Assembly: GCA_016840425.1 (NCBI GenBank)
Contig: JAEOSI010000051.1
Coordinates: 1-11,702 of the forward strand
Reading direction: 5' to 3'
Source: Candidatus Wukongarchaeum yapensis
GTDB taxonomy: Archaea > Asgardarchaeota > Wukongarchaeia > Wukongarchaeales > Wukongarchaeaceae
DNA length: 11,702 nt
Within the stretch, counting starts at the first letter, position 1, and every line of letters begins with the position of its first letter. Of the stretch, positions 1 through 6,027 are shown piece after piece. A program made the position numbers and the translations under genes. Below the pieces are notes generated by a model that did no database searches, was not told the origin of the DNA, and saw nothing but the letters and a program-made list of their open reading frames with translations.

Positions 1-100
1 CTTCCTCTTCCTCTATTTCTTCTTCCTCTTCCTCTATTTCTTCTTCCTCTTCCTCTATTTCTTCTTCCTCTTCCTCTATTTCTTCTTCCTCTTCCTCTAT
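1..100 (-). repeat. Perfect 21-bp coding tandem repeat (plus-strand unit ttcttcttcctcttcctctat; minus-strand ATAGAGGAAGAGGAAGAAGAA = IEEEEEE)
   Basis: Four identical full units at 17-37, 38-58, 59-79 and 80-100, plus the last 16 nt of a fifth at 1-16. In frame with the <1..1480 CDS and truncated by the window edge. Confidence 0.97.
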
Positions 101-1480
101 TGTTTTCTCTGTAAAGACTACCTCTGCTTCTAAGAGGCGATTAGCGGTTTCGTAAGCTTTTTCAACGGTGAGAATAAGTTCTCTTTTCAGTCGGTTGTTC
201 AGTTTTTCGGCGATTTTTTCCGCCTGTTTTAAGCCTTCCTCTTTATCTTCAGGCAAAGGAGACTCTTTCCATTGATCTTTTGGTGAACTAACCTCCGGGT
301 TTTTCTCGACAAGCCTTACTGAAAAATCTTCTTCTGAAACGTAACACGAAGCATAATTTGGTTGTATTAATGGGCATGCGCCAAACAAGCACTTGTTGCC
401 TGTAGAATACTCATGGTTACATACGAAATATTTTTTCCCTATCTTGGTACGGTAAACACATTGTTTTTTGAATCCTGTCCAAAGAGCTTTTTCCTTGATC
501 ACTTTCAGCGCCTCTTTACTTTCATTTTCAAGGGTAACATTTGCAAATAAATCTTTTTCAAAAATTTTTGCAAACTTTCTAACTTGGTCTGTTTCCATTT
601 CGAAAGGTGCACCAATAACGCACCAAACACCCGATTTAACCATCTCTCTAAACTTTTCAATAAGGGCTTCATTTTCTTGGCTGAGGGACATTTGCCTCAT
701 TTTTTTAGAAAGCAAAGTTTTTAGACTTTCTGGGAGAGTACTCCAAACGTTGAGTCCCATTAAAACTTGGCTCTCCAGTTTCTCAACCTCTACGTTATTT
801 CCCACAAGTTCACCAACAATATCTTTTAGCCGTATCATGTAAGGAAATATCCCGTTAAAAGCATATTCTAAAGGCACGTCTATAGCGAAAGGTGTATGAA
901 GCACGATAGGTTCTCCCTCATTAAATATAGATTCTGCCTGTTGTAAAACATCTTTATTTAAATACAGTAGAGGGGTTATATCGTACTCTAAAATAAGATC
1001 TCTTATCTTTTCTGGGATTTCTTCAGAACTTACAAAAAGTTCCGGATCACAGCGTTTTAAAATATATTCTAAAACTTTAACGATCTCTGTTTTAGGATCC
1101 TTTCCTTTCTCTTCTTCTTCAAGATACTCGGGAGTTCCTGCCTTTAAACGGAAGCCTATGGTTTTATAAGAGTTTGCATAATTTATCAATATATCCAGCC
1201 TGTTACGCCCTCCAGTAAAATCGATATCATAATAATTAGAACGTGCACAAACAGGTAAAACTAGCACAGGCTCTTTTTCAAAGCTTTCAGCCAAGTCCAA
1301 ATTGCTTTCAAGCTCATACGTTGGAATATTCCACCTGAGACCTTCCCAGTCAAAAAAACAATACTTGAGACCTGTCCGCGCAACAGTTTCAACAAGCTGA
1401 AGGGTGCGCAAACTCACATCTTCGCCCTTAAACTCAATAACCGAACGTTTTATCGATATTCCGCCTGCCAAAAAAACCAA
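1..1480 (-). CDS. Mak16-like 4-Cys domain protein with a large N-terminal domain (possible degenerate LLM/Mer-like barrel) and a Glu-rich repeat tail; 3' end runs off the window
   Basis: Manual translation shows a stop-free minus-strand frame from 1537 to 1 (upstream in-frame TGA at 1538-1540). The likely start is TTG at 1480, with GAGGGG 6 nt upstream; TTG at 1471 or 1501 are alternatives. 493 codons lie in the window. The segment W-TGFKKQ-C-VYRTKIGKKYFV-C-NHEYSTGNK-C-LFGA-CPL-IQPN-YA...KNPEVSSPKDQW-KESP-L-PEDKEEG-LKQ matches the Mak16 N-terminal domain as I recall it. Not in the ORF track. Confidence 0.85.
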   Translation of the reverse strand, partial: MVFLAGGISIKRSVIEFKGEDVSLRTLQLVETVARTGLKYCFFDWEGLRWNIPTYELESNLDLAESFEKEPVLVLPVCARSNYYDIDFTGGRNRLDILINYANSYKTIGFRLKAGTPEYLEEEEKGKDPKTEIVKVLEYILKRCDPELFVSSEEIPEKIRDLILEYDITPLLYLNKDVLQQAESIFNEGEPIVLHTPFAIDVPLEYAFNGIFPYMIRLKDIVGELVGNNVEVEKLESQVLMGLNVWSTLPESLKTLLSKKMRQMSLSQENEALIEKFREMVKSGVWCVIGAPFEMETDQVRKFAKIFEKDLFANVTLENESKEALKVIKEKALWTGFKKQCVYRTKIGKKYFVCNHEYSTGNKCLFGACPLIQPNYASCYVSEEDFSVRLVEKNPEVSSPKDQWKESPLPEDKEEGLKQAEKIAEKLNNRLKRELILTVEKAYETANRLLEAEVVFTEKTIEEEEEEIEEEEEEIEEEEEEIEEEEEEIEEEE

Positions 1481-1551
1481 AACTTTCCCCTCAATAATCA
1501 AAAAATAACAAATATTCAAAAACAATCTTTTTGATAATCATATACTCCTAG

Positions 1552-1562
1552 TTTTTAAAAAA
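1552..1562. promoter_or_regulatory. Candidate bidirectional TATA-like element between divergent genes
   Basis: TTTTTAAAAAA (1552-1561 is a perfect palindrome) lies near the middle of the 1481-1625 gap between the Mak16-like gene and cooT-thyA. The context is AT-rich, so support is weak. Confidence 0.35.
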
Positions 1563-1625
1563 TCTTTTTAGTGAGGTTAATAAACATGTTTTCTATTTCT
1601 AAAACTTGTGGTAGGTGTAACCAAA

Positions 1626-1856
1626 ATGTGTGAATTTAATGTTTTTTTAAAAAAGGGTGACGAAGAAGAAAAAATAGCTGAAAACATAGTGAAAGTTCAC
1701 ACGTATAACCAAGGAGTAGAGCTAAGAGATCCGCTCGGAGTGCCTCTCTTCATCAAAAATTCAATAATCGAAAATGTTGACGTTATGTCTGAAAAACTCG
1801 TTCTTATAGATGTATCAAATAACTCAAAAATCTCCGAAATATTCTCAGGAAAATAG
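1626..1856 (+). CDS. cooT: CooT family nickel-binding protein
   Basis: About 76 aa starting MCE (conserved Cys2), with the pattern MCEFNVFL...EE.I.ENIV.V....GVELRDPLG....I.NSIIENVDV..EKLVL typical of CooT. AGGTG lies 8 nt upstream of ATG 1626; the ORF track used GTG 1608. Confidence 0.8.
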   Translation: MCEFNVFLKKGDEEEKIAENIVKVHTYNQGVELRDPLGVPLFIKNSIIENVDVMSEKLVLIDVSNNSKISEIFSGK

Positions 1857-1868
1857 GGGTATAGAGAA

Positions 1869-2561
1869 GTGCTCATAGAAGCAGAAAGTATAGAGGAAGC
1901 GTATAGAAAGATTCAAACGGCCGTGTATAGCGAAGGTCAAGAAGTGACGGATGAACGGGGAGAAACCACCCTTGAAATAAGGAATTTAATGGTACGTTTA
2001 AGGAATCCTGAAGCACAAATTCCTGCAGATTATGAGCACATGACAACGAAAGAAGCAGAAGAATATGCCTCCGAGTTCCTAACCTTTGCAAAAACAGTTC
2101 CTGTTATCGACAAGGGAGACTTCTTAGGCTTTGAACCAAGGTTTGAATATGAGTATGGTGATCGCATACGCAATTTTGGCTATAAACATCACAAGATAGA
2201 CCAACTTGAAGCCATTATTAACAAGTTGAAAAAAAATCCTAACACTCGGAGAGCGGTAATAGTCTTATGGAACCCGTTAATAGACAACTTTGTAGAAGAA
2301 GTCCCTTGTCTCAATCTCCTATCCTTCCTCATCCGTGAAGGGAAACTCAACCTAACCGCAGTTTTTAGATCGAATGATATGGTGGGAGCATGGCCAGCTA
2401 ATGCCTACGCCTTAATACGCCTTCTAGAATACGTTTGCACGGAACTAAAAACAGAAAAGGGAGACGTAACAACTCTTTCAATCTCTGGACATTTTTACAA
2501 AAGAAAAAAGAGCGTAGAATCCCCATATTCTACAGTTAAAAAATCTTTAATAGAAAAATGA
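1869..2561 (+). CDS. thyA: Thymidylate synthase, archaeal/methanogen-type ThyA
   Basis: Motifs YEYGDRI, NPNTRRAVIVLWNP, catalytic VPCL, FRSND, WPANAY (Asn, dUMP-specific) and SGHFY. GGGGT lies 8 nt before the GTG start, 12 nt after the cooT stop. Confidence 0.92.
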   Translation: MLIEAESIEEAYRKIQTAVYSEGQEVTDERGETTLEIRNLMVRLRNPEAQIPADYEHMTTKEAEEYASEFLTFAKTVPVIDKGDFLGFEPRFEYEYGDRIRNFGYKHHKIDQLEAIINKLKKNPNTRRAVIVLWNPLIDNFVEEVPCLNLLSFLIREGKLNLTAVFRSNDMVGAWPANAYALIRLLEYVCTELKTEKGDVTTLSISGHFYKRKKSVESPYSTVKKSLIEK

Positions 2562-2630
2562 CATCTTCTTGCGAGTTGTTCAAATTTTATAATCTAAATA
2601 TTTATTTTTAATCACCTCTCCCTCTCAAAA

Positions 2631-2642
2631 TTTTTAAATAAA
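2631..2642 (+). promoter_or_regulatory. Candidate TATA box for the GNAT gene
   Basis: TTTTTAAATAAA preceded by CAAAA, about 60 nt upstream of ATG 2700; SD-like GAGGT at 2688-2692. Confidence 0.3.
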
Positions 2643-2699
2643 GATCAAAGATTGATGTGCAATTATGATTATTATGGATGATATTAAGAGGTAATCATA

Positions 2700-3455
2700 A
2701 TGAATGATATTAAAATAGTTACTGTAGATGAAAATAATATTTCTGAGTATGGCTTTTATTGTTCAAAAAATCCAAAATATGAAGGTTATCAACTGAAATT
2801 CGATTGGTTAAAGCAACGCTTTACTGAAGGTCTAAAAATAAAACTTTTACAGTCAAATACAGAAGGCACGATAGGCTTCATTGAATATATTCCAGGTGAA
2901 TATGCATGGAGAGCTGTTGATGCGAGTGGATATTTGGTGATTCATTGTATTTATATCTATAGTAAAAAAGATCGGAAAAAAGGATATGGTTCACTTTTAG
3001 TAAATGATTGTATTGAAGATGCAAAAAAAGAGAAAAAAAACGGTGTTGCAGTTGTTACAAGTGATGGTCCGATGATGGCTGAGAAGAGATTATTTTTGAA
3101 GAATGGATTTGAGGTTGTTGATAAAGCGGAACGTTTTGAATTATTAGTAAAACAGCTCAAGGAAGGCACTTTACCAAAGTTTAAAAATTGGGAAAAGGAA
3201 CTGAGTAAATATAAGGGCTTGAATTTAATTTATGCGAATCAATGCCCATATCATAAAAAAGCTGTGAGCGCAATTTGTGATACTGCGGAGGAGAAGGGGC
3301 TTCAGGTTAAAGTTTTTGAAATTAAAGATGCTAAAGATGCTCAGAATGCTCCTTCAATATATGGTGTATTTTGCTTAGTTCATGATGGAAAACTTCTTGC
3401 TGATCATTATATAAGTAAGACAAGATTTCTAAATATTTTTAACAAAGAATTGTAA
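2700..3455 (+). CDS. GNAT family N-acetyltransferase with C-terminal YoaP-like domain
   Basis: GFIEYIPGEYAWR, acetyl-CoA motif A RKKGYGSLL, FLKNGF, and a YoaP-type C-terminus (NQCPY...AQNAPSIYGVFCLVHDGKLL). Confidence 0.85.
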   Translation: MNDIKIVTVDENNISEYGFYCSKNPKYEGYQLKFDWLKQRFTEGLKIKLLQSNTEGTIGFIEYIPGEYAWRAVDASGYLVIHCIYIYSKKDRKKGYGSLLVNDCIEDAKKEKKNGVAVVTSDGPMMAEKRLFLKNGFEVVDKAERFELLVKQLKEGTLPKFKNWEKELSKYKGLNLIYANQCPYHKKAVSAICDTAEEKGLQVKVFEIKDAKDAQNAPSIYGVFCLVHDGKLLADHYISKTRFLNIFNKEL

Positions 3456-3482
3456 TAAAATCTTACATAATCTTGGTTTTAT

Positions 3483-4229
3483 TTAATCTTGGGAAGGGTT
3501 TAATATCTCTTTTAGAACGTCTTTTACTTTGAATGGTGTGTCTAATACGGAGATGCCTTCAATTTCTGAAAGTTTTTTAGCGTTTTCGACATCGATTTTT
3601 CTTGTCTTTATTTTAGCTTTTTCTCCCCATTTTATAGCATTGTAGGAGCATGCTTCTACGCACTTTTTACACCCGTTACATTTTAACAAATCTATTGAGA
3701 TCTTTCCCTCTCTGAGAAAAGCGGCTTCTTTTGGGCAAACTTCCACAACGGGACAGGGATCGCAACTCTCGCATAATAGAGGGTCTGTTGTGATGGCGAG
3801 GGTTGTTTCGATAAATCCTTCGTAAGGGTCTGTTGGCACTATTATAACAGGTACTTCTCCCTTCATAGCATGTGAAACACAGACGGTTACAAGCGTGTCA
3901 GCTATACCTTGAAGGATTTTAGCCACCGTGTTTGTGGTTGTAGGAGAAACTATAAGGGCATCATACTCTCCTATAGCTAGTCTTGCAGCCTTTGGGAAGC
4001 TTGCCCCTTGATCCTCCTCGAAAAAGCTTTCATTAAAATGACTGTCATCAGCCAACTCCAAAAGAGAGTCTGAAAGCCCGTACATACGGATGACTTCTCT
4101 CCCAGCCTTTGAAACAAAAATTGTCATATCAGTATTTAGCTCCTTTTTTAAAGAGCTCATCAATTCAAAGCTGTCTTGGAGGAAATGACCAGCACCCGTT
4201 ATACCCCAAGCTAACCTGACCTTTTTCAA
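3483..4229 (-). CDS. dmrX: Dihydromethanopterin reductase-like flavoprotein (DmrX/MJ0208 family) with 2x[4Fe-4S] ferredoxin domain
   Basis: Flavoprotein motifs AWGITGAGH and PTTTNTVAKILQGIADTLVT, plus CESCDPC...CP and CNGCKKCVEAC. Preferred start is TTG 4229 (GGTGA 8 nt upstream); the ORF track start GTG 4244 is an alternative. Confidence 0.8.
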   Translation of the reverse strand: MKKVRLAWGITGAGHFLQDSFELMSSLKKELNTDMTIFVSKAGREVIRMYGLSDSLLELADDSHFNESFFEEDQGASFPKAARLAIGEYDALIVSPTTTNTVAKILQGIADTLVTVCVSHAMKGEVPVIIVPTDPYEGFIETTLAITTDPLLCESCDPCPVVEVCPKEAAFLREGKISIDLLKCNGCKKCVEACSYNAIKWGEKAKIKTRKIDVENAKKLSEIEGISVLDTPFKVKDVLKEILNPSQD

Positions 4230-4314
4230 TCTTCTTATCACCACATTAAAAGAGGACTATCAAACCTTTATTTATCTTTTTAAAAGCTTATTAAAAAGGA
4301 GGTTGTAAGCGGTT

Positions 4315-5307
4315 TTAGGTCTCTTCTATGAAGGCGCCTTTGTTCCTTGTGGGCGTTATAAAGAACTTACCGCTTATTTTTCTCTCGTTTAGAAGGTCTG
4401 AAGCTGTTTTCATCAAGTCTTCTGCCCGTTTTTTCCCTTCAGTGATTGCGAAAGTTGTTGGTCCAAAAGAACTCATTCCAACGCCTTCCGCACCGTTTTC
4501 CAGTAAGGTGTTTAAAAGGTTCTTTATTATTGGGTGTTGTAACTCCACTTCAATCTTTTTAAATCCCAAACTAATTATCTTTGTAAGGCTTTGGCCGAAA
4601 ACCTCTAGGTCTCTCTCTACAATGGCAGGCAAAGTCACCATGAATATTAGCCTGCAAAGCTTCTCTACATCCTCTGAAGGAATAGGACAGTGTTTTTGAA
4701 ATATATTGAATTCTTCCTCTCCTGAGGCACCTCTTTTAACATTTGGAATAGTGACTACCCAATACCATTCTTCTGGTAGGTTATATTTCGCGAGAACAGG
4801 GGCGGGCTTAGCCTTAGAAGCCCTGCTTGGCAAGAACTCTTTTTTCTCCTTATCCGGGCCAAAAGAGTGACCTCCGTCCAGTATAAAACCGCCATCTTCA
4901 AAGGCAGCTACGCCTATCCCTGAGGTGCCTCCACGCCCCATTATGTGGGCAAGCTCCCTTGTGGTTGCTTTTATTCCGTGAAGCTTTGAGAGAATTGTAG
5001 CAGTTGCAAGGCTTAATTGGGTTTTTGAACCCAAACCCACATGCTCTGGAATCTTCTCATAGACCTTTAAATAATCTCCTTCCTCCAAACCGTAATGGTC
5101 AAGAAACCTTTTAGCAAGGGAAGTTACAAGATCTTTTTGAACACCTTCTACCACCAAATCCCCCCCCAGTTTTCCCTCCATCACAACTTGAGGCTTTTCT
5201 AATGAAACACCTATCCCGCCGTCAACCCTGCAAAGTTCGCCGTTTTCATCTATTAACGTTATGTGCATCCTACAAGGAGTTTCAATTTTTATATTACTTG
5301 GACACAA
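4315..5307 (-). CDS. mptG: Beta-ribofuranosylaminobenzene 5'-phosphate (RFA-P) synthase, GHMP kinase fold
   Basis: TPCRMHITLIDENGELCRVDGGIG, IPEHVGLGSKTQL, RGGTSGIGVAAFEDGGFILDGGH, FLPSRAS and GMSSFGPT. TTG 5307 lies 9 nt from GGAGGA; TTG 5316 is an alternative. Confidence 0.9.
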   Translation of the reverse strand: MCPSNIKIETPCRMHITLIDENGELCRVDGGIGVSLEKPQVVMEGKLGGDLVVEGVQKDLVTSLAKRFLDHYGLEEGDYLKVYEKIPEHVGLGSKTQLSLATATILSKLHGIKATTRELAHIMGRGGTSGIGVAAFEDGGFILDGGHSFGPDKEKKEFLPSRASKAKPAPVLAKYNLPEEWYWVVTIPNVKRGASGEEEFNIFQKHCPIPSEDVEKLCRLIFMVTLPAIVERDLEVFGQSLTKIISLGFKKIEVELQHPIIKNLLNTLLENGAEGVGMSSFGPTTFAITEGKKRAEDLMKTASDLLNERKISGKFFITPTRNKGAFIEET

Positions 5308-5326
5308 GGGAAACAATCCTCCTTTT

Positions 5327-5950
5327 TCAAATTTTACTCAAAACATAATTTATGATAGATTTTTCTTTAGATGAAGAGGATGTAACGCGGTTCACTAAAT
5401 TAGAATAATAATCTATTAATTTGCGAAGTTTTTGTGCTTCTTCAAAATTTTTGGTGACCTCTTCATGCACACGGACGCGTGTAGCGTGAATAATCGTTTC
5501 CAAGGTAGAGAAAAAACCGCGGTTAAGGGGTTTAAGAAAAGGATTTTTTATCCCTCCTGTCACGATTTTTCCCTCAAATTCCGCTCGTCCCTCCTTTTTT
5601 CCTACGTATTTTGTTTCAATTTCTAACCAAGCATCAGCCTTTTTTAAAACAGGGGCATCAACAATAAAACCTTCCCCGAACTCATCAGGCTCAAGCTCCA
5701 CGTTTTTTTCAAGGGCGGCTTTAGCAAACAGTAAAAGATCCTGGGTGAGGTTAACAACACAACAATTTTTCTGCCTGAGATTTTTATAAGTGTCTGTCTC
5801 CTCATAGGGGCGTATTATCAAAAGATCAAGATCGGGTGTAAAAACGCCCATAGGCGCAACGTTAGGAATCCCATTTTCGTGATAAGTAGTAATGAGGGTT
5901 TCATAAATAAAATCTTCCTGAAAATCTAAAACCTCTAATATTTTTTCCAT
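5327..5950 (-). CDS. DUF447 family protein (FMN-binding split-barrel-like)
   Basis: YETLITT...PNVAPMGV, IRPYEETDTYKNL, LNRGFFSTLETIIHATR and a helical C-terminus. The family is commonly found beside methanopterin genes. Confidence 0.8.
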   Translation of the reverse strand: MEKILEVLDFQEDFIYETLITTYHENGIPNVAPMGVFTPDLDLLIIRPYEETDTYKNLRQKNCCVVNLTQDLLLFAKAALEKNVELEPDEFGEGFIVDAPVLKKADAWLEIETKYVGKKEGRAEFEGKIVTGGIKNPFLKPLNRGFFSTLETIIHATRVRVHEEVTKNFEEAQKLRKLIDYYSNLVNRVTSSSSKEKSIINYVLSKI

Positions 5951-6027
5951 TTTTTCTATATGCCCCCTAAAAACAAGGAAAGAAATTATCGACTAACTAC
6001 CCATTTTTTTGGCGTGTTTATTTTTAT

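Noticed and set aside
1-100. Repeat as a CRISPR array or non-coding satellite
   Set aside because: There are no spacers, the unit length is a multiple of 3, and it lies in frame within a long CDS.
468-842. ORF-track 124-aa plus-strand ORF
   Set aside because: It is an antisense shadow of the Mak16-like CDS, Ser/Phe-rich, with no recognisable motif.
2495-2561. Possible frameshift or replaced C-terminus of thyA (Lys/Ser-rich tail after HFY)
   Set aside because: All catalytic motifs lie upstream, and short variable tails are normal in archaeal ThyA. Testing this needs an alignment.
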